Shown here: piece after piece, positions 1 to 12,968 of the stretch | Layout of the letters: each line of letters opens with the position of its first letter | Numbering within the stretch: the first letter of the stretch is position 1 | Source of the DNA: Eledone cirrhosa | Taxonomy: Eukaryota | Assembly (NCBI GenBank): GCA_964016885.1 | Contig: OZ024741.1 | Span: 132,184,001-132,248,000, forward strand | Reading direction: 5' to 3' | Length of the DNA stretch: 64,000 nucleotides | The notes under the pieces: model-generated | What the model saw: only the letters and a program-made list of their open reading frames with translations | Database searches by the model: none | What the model was told of the DNA's origin: nothing | Made by a program: the position numbers and the translations under genes

Positions 1-510
1 TTAACGAAGGGAAATTATGTATGAAGATAGAGAGAAAAAAATAATAATTGTGGGTGAATATTCTAACGTCAAAAGAAGAAATGTATGTATTGTGGCAATT
101 TCAAAATTAGCGAAGAGAAAAATTGTTAAGGTTTGTGTGTAGAAGGATTTGAGAAAAATAATGTGAAGTTAAAGTTTGTATATTGAATTGATAATATGTG
201 AGAATAAAGAGTTAATATGTATTAATAATGAGATCGTTGATGGGGAGAAAAAAATAATAATAAATTAAGGATGAAATTGAGATTAAAAAGATTTATGATA
301 GAGAGAAAAAATAATAATGATTGCGGATGAATATTCAAAATGTCAAAAACAAATGTTATGAATTTACGAGAAGATAGAATGAGGGTAATGAGTAAACGAG
401 TATTATAGAGTGTATAATGCCCTTTAAAGTAAGGTAGATGGGTATATTTTAAAGAGGTGTATGTATATGTGCCTTTGAGAAAAGATTCTAAATTGATAAA
501 GAATTGAATA

Positions 511-745
511 TTAACTGTATACTTTGTGAAAAGTTCTATGGAATTTATGCAGGCAGATAGAAAACAAATCTGAGCGTTTATTTATTATAGAATCTAGGTT
601 AGAGATAATGGTAAATTTTTCATTTAGGCAGAGATTACAGATTTTAGATAGAGAGCTGTTCAAGTATGAGGATGCAGAAGAAATCTTCTTCCAAAAGATG
701 GTATATTTAATGTTTTTGTCTTTTAAGGACCATATGAGTTCTGAG
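511..745 (-). mobile_element. Penelope-like element fragment: C-terminus of the GIY-YIG endonuclease; its 3' UTR probably runs toward position 1
   Basis: Manual minus-strand translation gives SELIWSLKDKNIKYTIFWKK...KICNLCLNEKFTII...IINKRSDLFSICLHKFHRTF...*. This is colinear with the end of the PLE at 29669-29953 (STYIWSLKD...CDLC..E...LNKKSEAISTCKHK). Not in the ORF track. Confidence 0.85.
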
Positions 746-877
746 ATAATAAAATATATGGAACTCCTTTAACCATCTTTTGATCTTATATTATGCATAC
801 TCCAGTCCCACAAACTGTAGAGTGCTTCTTATCCGATATCTGCATTGCTTTATTGTACTACAATAAAACTCACCTCC

Positions 878-882
<5 letters not shown>
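746..882. repeat. Non-coding repeat (probable PLE pseudo-LTR piece) joined to the truncated PLE fragment
   Basis: Near-identical to the reverse complement of 17378-17514; abuts (TA)n. Confidence 0.7.
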
Positions 883-1540
<658 letters not shown>

Positions 1541-1847
1541 GTTTATTAAGGTACCCGGAAAAACCTCATATCTCGGGAATCCGTGCTCCGATTTACGCGA
1601 AATTTGTTTTATTCCATTTGTATTCCCATTTCAGGGTCAACTTCCCTTCAAAGTATTTTCCCATTATGCGCCCTTTTGGTTGTATTACATTAGAGACAAG
1701 GAAGCAATCACAGACTTTTAGTAGTATATAGATATGAGTTTTGAAGTGAGGAGACCACTGAAATATATCACTATTTTCTAATATTTTCTCTCTTTTTTTC
1801 CTTTCTCTTTTCTTGATCAATTTCCAGGTACCAGCGTTAAAGACATC

Positions 1848-2078
1848 ATGCATATGTTATTGTCAGTTCTCGTCCTACTGGCGAGTTTGCATCACATCTC
1901 GTCACAGGAGTGTCAGACATTGCGTTCTGAAATTAACGTCAACAAATACGTCAACGTGGAATACCGTGGGCGACAGGTTGAGGTACGTTGCACAGGTCGT
2001 CTTGGCTTGAATAAATGCGAAGGAACTTGCATGTCCTTCGAAACACCAAGTGTTACAAATCCTCGTGGATTTAAAAAG
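1848..2078 (+). CDS. pburs: Bursicon beta subunit (partner of bursicon), first visible coding exon: signal peptide plus N-terminal half of the cystine knot
   Basis: MHMLLSVLVLLASLHHISSQECQTLRSEI...RCTGRLGLNKCEGTCMSFETPSVTNPRGFKK matches the bursicon-beta pattern C(E/Q)TLxSEI...NKCEGxCxS...PSV..P.GF.K. Donor AAG|GTATGT at 2078/2079 (phase 0). A polypyrimidine tract plus TTTCCAG ending at 1827 suggests a further upstream exon. Confidence 0.92.
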
Positions 2079-4200
2079 GTATGTATAATAACACTTATTT
2101 TATTTTAAAAAATAAATCTCTGAAGAACCTGTTCGAGGACTGGAAGCACATATTTGGTGTATCTCACGAGAGACTGCATAATATATAGTCCCTGGAGTAT
2201 AGGGTGTGTTGCATCAATTCAAGTGCTTCATATTTGGAAGTGCTGATTATGCGGTAAGATTGCGTCCTAAAAGTTATTTGGTGCACTCTCAATGGTCCTG
2301 GAAAATCTGAGCGCGTGATGATTCTTTGATCACAAACGATGGCCCATACACGTCAATCTTTCAGAGATTCCCTTATAAATTATTCCAATAAGCCGTGTTT
2401 GCAACATGGTTTTGAGTAACAACTAAAACAAATTCACTTTACTTCTTTTATATTTTCATAACACTTTAGTGTGTCACCAATACTTTCTAGGTGTACCGCG
2501 AAATTAAGGCAAATTTGTTCAGTTTTTATGAATATTCTCATGTAAAGCAGTGATGTAAACCTTTTTTTAATCCAAAGAAAGTACTATAGAAATAGTTGAT
2601 AGTTTCTGTTACTTATGTGAAGGGGGTTGCTCTAACAGTGAATGGGGTTGCTCTGAAAGCATAGCAACTAAAATGAGAAAAGGTTAGAAAAAGTTCAGGG
2701 AACTACAAACTCTGTTGAGGGATTTTCTCTATAAGCCAAGAGTAGATTGTATAAGGTCCCAGAAATGTGTGGGCTTTAGGCATTGTTTCAAGCACATTAG
2801 CAATGGAGTAAAAGGAATAGAAAACAAAATACTTTACATTTCATTTCGTTCTTCTACACGAAACTTTCAACGAGGACGAACTCAACTTTCATTTTTCCCA
2901 TCTAAATATATTAATAGGATACACGCATTTCTATAGAACAGTGAGTGAAGCTGTAAAATTAAGAAGAGTTTCAGTAGCTATCAGGGTTGTATTTAACTCT
3001 TATTTGGGGATATTTTGGTAGTAGAGGGAAAGAAAGCTAGGTCTTCATTAGAGGAAATCTAAAGTGGTATCCCAATAATTCAAATGATTTCTGCCATATT
3101 CTCATTTATGTTTTGAAAAAGATATTGATTGAGCGTTACCCAATATTTATTAATTTACTCACACAATCCATATTTGTCTTTGATTTGAAGGCGTATAGTT
3201 TGGCTTTCAATGCCTAAACATAATACATACCCGATAATAATGAATTTGGTTATGAATGCTGTATCTTTAATTATTCTAAAATCAAGTATACACAAATGTT
3301 TCTTTGTGATTTTAGTATATTCTCGGAAGAACCGTCAGAAAATTCTTCATTTATTCATCTAATCATTATTATACACAGAGCGCAAGGGATTTGCATGTTT
3401 ACAAGCAAAATATTTTTAGTGCCATATGTAAAAAAAATCTAAGCAAAGAAAATGAAATTTTTTCTTGACATTTTTGTATTGATAAACTAAACTACGAAGC
3501 ACAATCATTGTTAAAACTGACAAGGAAAGTATAAGCTCTACCAATTAGTTACGTCAGAGGATGATCTATAGACAGTGACATGAAACTCTGGGTAAGGGAA
3601 TGCAGTAAGTTGGAATTATAATATATTAAACTAAATTTACCGCATTTTCTACTCGACAATTGCAATTATTTCCCCTAATATTTAGGTTTGCATTATACTA
3701 ATAAATGTCTACAGAATTAGTTTTACCATTTCTGCCTTATTGGGTGGGTTATAACACTAACTATCTGCGCGATGCTCCTCATATTATTTATGCAACAATA
3801 ACTTACTTTTTAGTAGTGTTGGTTGTCATGGGTGGAAAAAGTCTCTGGATCAGGTTTAGCCAATATTATATTTCACAACGAGGCTGTAAAAAGATTACTT
3901 TGCGATCAGTTTTTATGAGTTGGGGGGTCATTAGCTGGAGGTGGTTCAGGCTGGGAGAGAAATTTATACTTTTTATTATACTATCGAGCACGTTGGATAT
4001 TATCTAAAAAGCTTTTTATTAATTGTGAGAGCTAGCTACAGACTTCGTAAGAGATCTATTGTAGATCCGTATAACTTAAATAAATGTAATTGACACTCAA
4101 TATTTGCAGCACAATAGCAAAGTTGTTAAAATATAAAATAATGTTTTTTTCATAAAAGAAGATCCTTCTTCCTTCGTTATATAACTAATATTTATTTATA

Positions 4201-4371
4201 ATTTGGGCACAAAACCAGCAAATTTGGGGTAAGGGCAAAGTTGGTTAACTCAACTTGATTGGTACTTTATTTTATCGATACCAAAAGGATGAAGTTTCGT
4301 ATTGATCTCGGTGAGATTTGAACTCAATGGCATTTCATCTGACACTCAACCAATTCCGCCAATCTACCACC
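4201..4371 (-). mobile_element. tRNA-derived SINE (dominant family of this window), decayed, in the bursicon intron
   Basis: ggtactttattttatcga...ggatgaa...gatttgaactc...gccaatc motifs shared with the other copies. Confidence 0.75.
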
Positions 4372-4438
4372 CTTATATATATAAGAGAGAGAAAACTAAT
4401 ATTGATGTTGATTTTGATTTTTCTTTATTTCTCCACAG

Positions 4439-4600
4439 AAATGTAACTGCTGTCAAGAAAAAAAGCTGGTCTCACGCAACATCGTCTTAGATAAGTGTTA
4501 TGATTCCGAGAGTGGAACCTATCTTCACGGATTGTACCCAACGATCTCCATCAAGGAACCTGTAGAATGTGTTTGTAGAGGATGTGCCAGCTTCATTTGA
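4439..4600 (+). CDS. pburs: Bursicon beta subunit, last coding exon
   Basis: Acceptor ttttctttatttctccacAG at 4437-4438; phase-0 translation KCNCCQEKKLVSRNIVLDKCYDSESGTYLHGLYPTISIKEPVECVCRGCASFI*. This matches CxCCxE...L..CYD..G...EP.EC.C..C. The spliced product is 130 aa with 11 Cys. Confidence 0.92.
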   Translation, partial: KCNCCQEKKLVSRNIVLDKCYDSESGTYLHGLYPTISIKEPVECVCRGCASFI

Positions 4601-4604
4601 GTAA

Positions 4605-4935
4605 TGCTACAACAACAACATCATCATCAACAACAATTAAAAGAAAAACAACCACAACAAAAGCAAAGATAGTAAAGCAACAATAATGACAACAACAACG
4701 ATAACGATGATGATAATGATGTTGACGATAGTGATGTTGATGTTGATGTTGATGACATGAAAGGGGAAATAGTTGAAATGGATTAACGTTGGTGAAAGTG
4801 GTGGTGCCAATAGATATGGTGGGGGTGAAAATGGTCGGTATAACGATAGTGATAATAATGCAGTCCATAATGGTGATTGCAATGATATAATAATGACAAC
4901 GAGCACCACTATGATGATAAAGATGGCAACGGGCT
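4605..4935. repeat. Degenerate (CAA)/(GAT)/(GGT) triplet low-complexity tract in the bursicon 3' region
   Basis: Directly visible. Confidence 0.85.
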
Positions 4936-5364
4936 GATAAACTGATCTACAATATTTTATTTTATTTGTTTGTTGTTTTTTCTTTATTCTTGTTATTTTT
5001 TGTTTTGTTGATTTCTGAATTAAAACAGAAAGAAAATGAAAAAAATACACACACACGAAATAATGAAAAAATATATATATTCAAGAATGCAAATTTTCCT
5101 TTTTTCCTTTTAATTATTATTATTATTATTATTGGGTTATTTCGCTTGGTTCTGTTTTGTTTCTCTGTTGCTGGGTTCAGGCTTTGAACTTAGCGCAATA
5201 GAAGTTTGTATTGTAGGGAGAGAGAGGAGAGAGGGAGCTCGTCAGAGAATGCGTGCTGTTCTTAGTAGCCCAATCTACCGTAACTCATATTTACTGGTTC
5301 TGTAGAAAAGGACGCCTAGATGCAGGTTTGATGATTTGTGAATTAATCTTAGTGCTCCTATTAC

Positions 5365-5564
5365 NNNNNNNNNNNNNNNNNNNNNNNNNNNNNNNNNNNN
5401 NNNNNNNNNNNNNNNNNNNNNNNNNNNNNNNNNNNNNNNNNNNNNNNNNNNNNNNNNNNNNNNNNNNNNNNNNNNNNNNNNNNNNNNNNNNNNNNNNNNN
5501 NNNNNNNNNNNNNNNNNNNNNNNNNNNNNNNNNNNNNNNNNNNNNNNNNNNNNNNNNNNNNNNN
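5365..5564. other. Assembly gap (200 N)
   Basis: Run of N. Confidence 1.
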
Positions 5565-8500
5565 GTCGTAGTTGTTGTTGATATTACTGTTATTGCTGTA
5601 TTTGTCGTTGTTGTTGTTGATATTACTGTTATTGCTGTATTTGTCGTAGTTGTTGTTGATATTACTGTTATTGCTGTATTTGTCGTTGTTGTGTTGTTGA
5701 TATTACTGTTATTGCTGTATTTGTCGTTGTTATTGTTGATATTACTGTTATTGCTGTATCTGTCGTTGTTGTTGTTGATATTTACTGTTATTGCTGTATT
5801 TGTCGTTGTTGTTGTTGATATTACTGTTATTGCTGTATTTGTCGTTGTTGTTGTTGATATTACTCTTATTGCTGTATTTGTCGTTGTTGTTGTTGATATT
5901 ACTGTTATTGCTGTATTTGTCGTAGTTGTTGTTGATATTACTGTTATTGCTGTATTTGTCGTTGTTTGTTGTTGATATTACTGTTATTGCTGTATTTGTC
6001 GTTGTTGTTGTTGATATACTGTTATTGCTGTATCTGTCGTTGTTGTTGTTGATATTACTGTTATTGCTGTATTTGTCGTAGTTGTTGTTGATATTACTGT
6101 TATTGCTGTATTTGTCGTTGTTGTTGTTGATATTACTGTTATTGCTGTATTTGTCGTTGTTGTTGTTGATATTACTGTTATTGCTGTATCTGTCGTTGTT
6201 GTTGTTGTTGATATTACTGTTATTGCTGTATTTGTCGTAGTTGTTGTTGATATTACTGTTATGCTGTATTTGTCGTTGTTGTTGTTGTTGATATTACTGT
6301 TATTGCTGTATTTGTCGTTGTTATTGTTGATATTACTGTTATTGCTGTATCTGTCGTTGTTGTTGTTGATATTACTGTTATTGCTGTATTTGTCGTTGTT
6401 GTTGTTGATATACTGTTATTGCTGTATTTGTCGTTGTTGTTGTTGATATTACTGTTATTGCTGTATTTGTCGTTGTTGTTGTTGATATTACTTATATTGC
6501 TGTATTTGTCGTTGTTGTTGTTGATATTACTGTTATTGCTGTATCTGTCGTTGTTGTTGTTGATATTACTGTTATTGCTGTATCTGTCGTTGTTGTTGTT
6601 GATATTACTGTTATTGCTGTATTTGTCGTAGTTGTTGTTGATATTACTGTTATTGCTGTATTTGTCGTTGTTGTTGTTGATATTACTGTTATTGCTGTAT
6701 TTGTCGTAGTTGTTGTTGATATTACTGTTATTGCTGTATTTGTCGTTGTTGTTGTTGATATTACTGTTATTGCTGTATTTGTCGTTGTTGTTGTTGATAT
6801 TACTGTTATTGCTGTATCTGTCGTTGTTGTTGTTGATATTACTGTTATTGCTGTATCTGTCGTTGTTGTTGTTGAATTACTGTTATTGCTGTATTTGTCG
6901 TTTTGTTGTTGATATTACTGTTATTGCTGTATTTGTCGTTGTTGTTGTTGATATTACTGTTATTGCTGTATTGGTCGTAGTTGTTGTTGATATTACTGTT
7001 ATTGCTGTATTTATCGTTGTTGTTGTTGATATTACTGTTATTGCTGTATTGTCGTTGTTGTTGTTGATATTACTGTTATTGCTGTATCTGTCTTTGTTGT
7101 TGTTGATATTACTGTTATTGCTGTATTTGTCGTAGTTGTTGTTGATATTACTGTTATTGCTGTATTTGTCGTTGTTGTTGTTGATATTACTGTTATTGCT
7201 GTATTTGTCGTAGTTGTTGTTGATAGTACTGTTATTGCTGTATTTGTCGTTGTTGTGTTGATATTACTGTTATTGCTGTATTTGTCGTTGTTGTTGTTGA
7301 TACTACTGTTATTGCTGTATCTGTCGTTGTTGTTGTTGATATTACTGTTATTGCTGTATTTGTCGTTGTTGTTGTTGATATTACTGTTATTGCTGTATTT
7401 GTCGTTGTTGTTGTTGATATTACTGTTATTGCTGTATTTGTCGTTGTTGTTGTTGATATTACTGTTATTGCTGTATTTGTCGTAGTGTTGTTGATATTAC
7501 TGTTATTGCTGTATTGTCGTTGTTGTTGTTGATATTACTGTTATGCTGTATTGTCGTTGTTGTTGTTGATATTACTGTTATTGCTGTATCTGTCGTTGTT
7601 GTTGTTGATATTACTGTTATTGCTGTATTTGTCGTAGTTGTGTTGATATTACTGTTATTGCTGTATTTGTCGTTGTTGTTGTTGATATTACTGTTATTGC
7701 TGTATTTGTCGTTATTGTTGTTGATATTACTGTTATTGCTGTATCTGTCGTTGTTGTTGTTGATATTACTGTTATTGCTGTATTAGTCGTAGTTGTTGTT
7801 GATATTACTGTTATTGCTGTATTTGTCGTTGTTGTTGTTGATATTACTGTTATTGCTGTATTTGTCGTAGTTGTTGTTGATATTACTGTTATTGCTGTAT
7901 TTGTCGTTGTTGTTGTTGATATTACTGTTATTGCTGTATTTGTCGTTGTTGTTGTTGATATTACTGTTATTGCTGTATTTGTCGTTGTTGTTGTTGATAT
8001 TACTGTTATTGCTGTATTTGTCGTAGTTGTTGATGATATTACTGTTATTGCTGTATTTGTCGTTGTTGTTGTTGATATATCTGTTATTGCTGTATTTGTC
8101 GTTGTTGTTGTTGATATTACTGTTATTGCTGTATTTGTCGTTGTTGTTGTTGATATTACTGTTATTGCTGTATTTGTCGTTGTTGTTGTTGATATTACTG
8201 TTATTGCTGTATTTGTCGTTGTTGTTGTTGATATTACTGTTATTGCTGTATTTGTCGTTGTTGTTGTTGATATTACTGTTATTGCTGTATTTGTCGTTGT
8301 TGTTGTTGATATTACTGTTATTGCTGTATTTGTCGTTGTTGTTGTTGATATTACTGTTATTGCTGTATTTGTCGTTGTTGTTGTTGATATTACTGTTATT
8401 GCTGTATCTGTCGTTGTTGTTGTTGATATTACTGTTATTGCTGTATTTGTCGTTGTTGTTGTTGATATTACTGTTATTGCTGTATTTGTCGTTGTTGTTG

Positions 8501-11500
8501 TTGATATTACTGTTATTGCTGTATTTGTCGTTGTTGTTGTTGATATTACTGTTATTGCTGTATTTGTCGTTGTTGTTGTTGATATTACTGTATTGCTGTA
8601 TTTGTCGTTGTTGTTGTTGATATTACTGTTATTGCTGTATTTGTCGTTGTTGTTGTTGATATTACTGTTATTGCTGTATTTGTCGTTGTTGTTGTTGATA
8701 TTACTGTTATTGCTGTATTTGTCGTTGTTGTTGTTGATATTACTGTTATTGCTGTATCTGTCGTAGTTGTTGTTGATATTACTGTTATTGCTGTATTTGT
8801 CGTTGTTGTTGTTGATATTACTGTTATTGCTGTATCTGTCGTAGTTGTTGTTGATATTACTGTTATTGCTGTATCTGTCGTCGTTATTGTTGTTGATATT
8901 ACTGTTATTGCTGTATCTGTAGTTGTTGTTGTTGATATTACTGTTATTGCTGTATTTGTCGTTGTTGTTGTTGATATTACTGTTATTGCTGTATTTGCGT
9001 TGTTGTTGTTGATATTACTGTTTTTGCTGTATTTGTCGTAGTTGTTGTTGATATTACTTTTATTGCTGTATTTGTCGTTGTTGTTGTTGATATTACTGTT
9101 ATTGCTGTATCTGTCGTTGTTGTTGTTGATATTACTGTTATTGCTGTATTTGTCGTTGTTGTTCTTGATATTACTGTTATTGCTGTATCTGTCGTTGTTG
9201 TTGTTGATATTACTGTTATTGCTGTATTTGTCGTTGTTGTTGTTGACATTACTGTTATTGCTGTATTTGTCGTTGTTGTTGTTGACATTACTGTTATTGC
9301 TGTATCTGTCGTCGTTGTTGTTGTTGATATTACTATTATTGCTGTATTTGTCGTAGTTGTTGTTGATATTACTGTTATTGCTGTATCTGTCGTGTTGTTG
9401 TTGATATTACTGTTATTGCTGTATTTGTCGTTGTTGTTGTTGATATTACTGTTATTGCTGTATTTGTTGTTGTTGATATTAGTGTTATTGCTGTATCTGT
9501 CGTTGTTGTTGTTGATATTTCTGTTATTGCTGTATCTGTCGTTGTTGTTGTTGATATTACTGTTATTGCTGTATCTGTCGTTGTTGTTGTGATATTACTG
9601 TTATTGCTGTATTTGTCGTTGTTGTTGTAGATATTACTGTTATTGCTGTATCTGTCGTTGTTGTTGTTGATAATACTGTTATTGCTGTATCTGTCGTTGT
9701 TGTTGGTTGATATTACTGTTATTGCTGTATTTGTCGTAGTTGTTGTTGATATTACTGTTATTGCTGTATCTGTCGTAGTTGTTGTTGATATTACTGTTAT
9801 TGCTGTATTTGTCGTTGTTGTCGTAGATATTACTGTTATTGCTGTATCTGTCGTTGTTGTTGTTGATATTACTGTTATTGCTGTATTTGTCGTTGTTGTT
9901 GTTGATATTACTGTTATTGCTGTATTTGTCGTAGTTGTTGTTGATATTACTGTTATTGCTGCATTTGTCGTTGTTGTTGTTGATATTACTGTTATTGCTG
10001 TATTTGTTGTTGTTGATATTACTGTTATTGCTGTATTTGTCGTTGTTGTTGTTGATATTACTGTTATTGCTGTATTTATCGTTGTTGTTGTTGATATTAC
10101 TGTTATTGCTGTATTTGTCGTAGTTGTTGTTGATATTACTGTTATTGCTGTATTTGTCGTTGTTGTTGTTGATATTACTGTTATTGCTGTATCTGTCGTT
10201 GTTGTTGTTGATATTACTGTTATTGCTGTATCTGTCGTTGTTGTTGTTGATATTACTGTTATTGCTGTATTTGTCGTTGGTGTTGTAGATATTACTGTTA
10301 TTGCTGTATTTGTCGTTGTTGTTGTTGATATTACTGTTATTGCTGTATTTGTCGTTGTTGTTGTTGATATTACTGTTATTGCTGTATTTGTCGTTGTTGT
10401 TGTTGATATTACTGTTATTGCTGTATTTGTCGTTGTTGTCGTTGATATTACTGTTATTGCTGTATTTGTCGTTTTTGTTGTGGATATTACTGTTATTGCT
10501 GTATCTGTAGTTGTTGTTGTTGATATTACTGTTATTGCTGTATTTGTCATCGTTGTTGTTGATATTACTGTTATTGCTGTATTTGCAGTTGTTGTTGTTG
10601 ATATTACTGTTATTGCTGTATTTGTCGTCGTTGTTGTTGGTATAACTGTTATTGCTGTATATGTCGTAGTTGTTGTTGATATTACTCTTATTGCTGTATT
10701 TGTCGTTGTTGTTGATGTTACTGTTATTGCTGTATTTGTCGTTGTTGTCGTTGATATTACTGTTATTGCTGTATTTGTCGTTGTTGTTGTTGATATTACT
10801 GTTATTGCTGTATTTGTCGTTGTTGTTGTTGTTGATATTACTGTTATTGCTGTATTTGTCGTCGTTGTTGTTGGTATAACTGTTATTGCTGTATATGTCG
10901 TAGTTGTTGTTGATATTACTGTTATTGCTGTATCTGTCGTAGTTGTTGTTAATATTACTGTTATTGCTGTATTTGTCGTAGTTGTTGTTGATATTACTGT
11001 TATTGCTGTATTTGTCGTAGTTGTTGTTGATATTACTGTTATTGCTGTATTTGTCGTTGTTGTTGTTGATATTACTGTTATTGCTGTATTTGTCGTTGTT
11101 GTTGTTGATATTACTGTTATTGCTGTATTTGTCGTTGTTGTTGTTGATATTACTGTTATTGCTGTATTTGTCGTTGTTGTCGTTGATATTACTGTTATTG
11201 CTGTATTTGTCGTTGTTGTTGTTGATATTACTGTTATTGCTGTATTTGTCGTTGTTGTTGTTGTTGATATTACTGTTATTGCTGTATTTGTCGTAGTTGT
11301 TGTTGATATTACTGTTATTGCTGTATTAGTCGTTGTTGTTGTTGTTGATATTACTGTTATTGCTGTATTTGTCGTTGTTGTTGTTGATATTATTGTTATT
11401 GCTGTATTTGTCGTTGTTGTTGTTGTTGATATTACTGTTATTGCTGTATTTGTCGTAGTTGTTGTTGATATTACTGTTATTGCTGTATTAGTCGTTGTTG

Positions 11501-12030
11501 TTGTTGATATTACTGTTATTGCTGTATTTGTCGTTGTTGTTGTTGATATTACTGTTATTGCTGTATTTGTCGTTGTTGTTGTTGATATTACTGTTATTGC
11601 TGTATTTGTCGTTGTTGTTGTTGATATTACTGTTATTGCTGTATTTGTCGTTGTTGTTGTTGTTGATATTACTGTTATTGCTTTATCTGTCGTTGTTGTT
11701 GTTGATATTACTGTTATTGCTGTATTTGTCGTTGTTGTTGTTGATATTACTGTTATTGCTGTATCTGTCGTTGTTGTTGTTGATATTACTGTTATTGCTG
11801 TATTTGTCGTTGTTGTTGTTGATATTACTGTTATTGCTGTATCTGTCGTTGTTGTTGTTGATATTACTGTTATTGATGTATTTGACGTTGTTGTTGTTTA
11901 TATTACTGTTATTGCTGTATTTGTCGTAGTTGTTGTTGATATTACTGTTATTGCTGTATTTGTCGTTGTTGTTGTTGATATTACTGTTGTTGTTCTATTT
12001 GCCGTCGTTGTTGATATTACTTTTATTGCT
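5565..12030. repeat. 39-bp minisatellite, about 165 units: GTTGTTGTTGTTGATATTACTGTTATTGCTGTATTTGTC
   Basis: Tandem array directly visible; left end truncated by the gap. Confidence 0.98.
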
Positions 12031-12057
12031 ACATTTGCCATCATCTTTTTCTTTCTT

Positions 12058-12116
<59 letters not shown>

Positions 12117-12240
12117 TTTCTTTTTGAACTTGCTCTTTAATATCATCTATTGGTGTGTCTTTATTTTTGCAATGATTTCGCAGTGCATGGAATCGGCAAA
12201 TATACTTCGATTTCCGGTTTGAGACGTCACACTCTTGCTG

Positions 12241-12283
<43 letters not shown>

Positions 12284-12345
12284 CCATACACACACTTACA
12301 TACATACACATACACACGCACATACACAATCACACACACACACAG

Positions 12346-12416
<71 letters not shown>

Positions 12417-12919
12417 TTATTCGGAATGTTTGAGCGGAAATTATAATATTTCCCTTGTTAACACTTTGAATTTACCCGCCAAAAACCGGGGTTGCTTCCC
12501 TTGTTGGAAAATAACACGTGACAACGAAGTGTTCGCTGGCTGCGTTCTTACCGGTTTGTTCCCACCGCTTTGAGGCACAACGGAATCCCTGTTGATGAAA
12601 TGAATCTTCTGTTCGATCATGGAATACCACGAGCGTGCGTGTTACGGAAGTTGGATAAATGATTTCGGATTCATAGAAACACTTTAGACCTATATCGTTT
12701 GATTTATCCAGGTGTATCATTTCACCTGTTAGTTCTTTCGTTACTTTGGTATTGTGTGGTTGGATTTTTGCCTACCGCAATGTTCAATTTGTCAAGCTAT
12801 TTAAACGTATGTTATTACTCTAAGGCCCTACCCTTATTGAGTGCTTTGCTAACTCATTCCTATTGTAGGTCGACTTTGCTTGGCCACAGCCAAAGCTTCG
12901 ATTTTACTAAGTTTCCACT

Positions 12920-12963
<44 letters not shown>

Positions 12964-12968
<5 letters not shown>

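Noticed and set aside
2700-3900. Possible ancient LINE remnant in the bursicon intron
   Set aside because: Only faint motif traces; not supportable by eye.
5565-12030. CRISPR-like regular repeat
   Set aside because: Units are contiguous with no unique spacers, no cas genes, and the context is eukaryotic.
9643-12222. 859-aa Val-rich ORF and antisense Thr-rich mucin-like ORFs
   Set aside because: By-products of a 39-bp unit with no stop codons. There is no credible start or flanking domains, and the Thr frame has a stop at ~11898.
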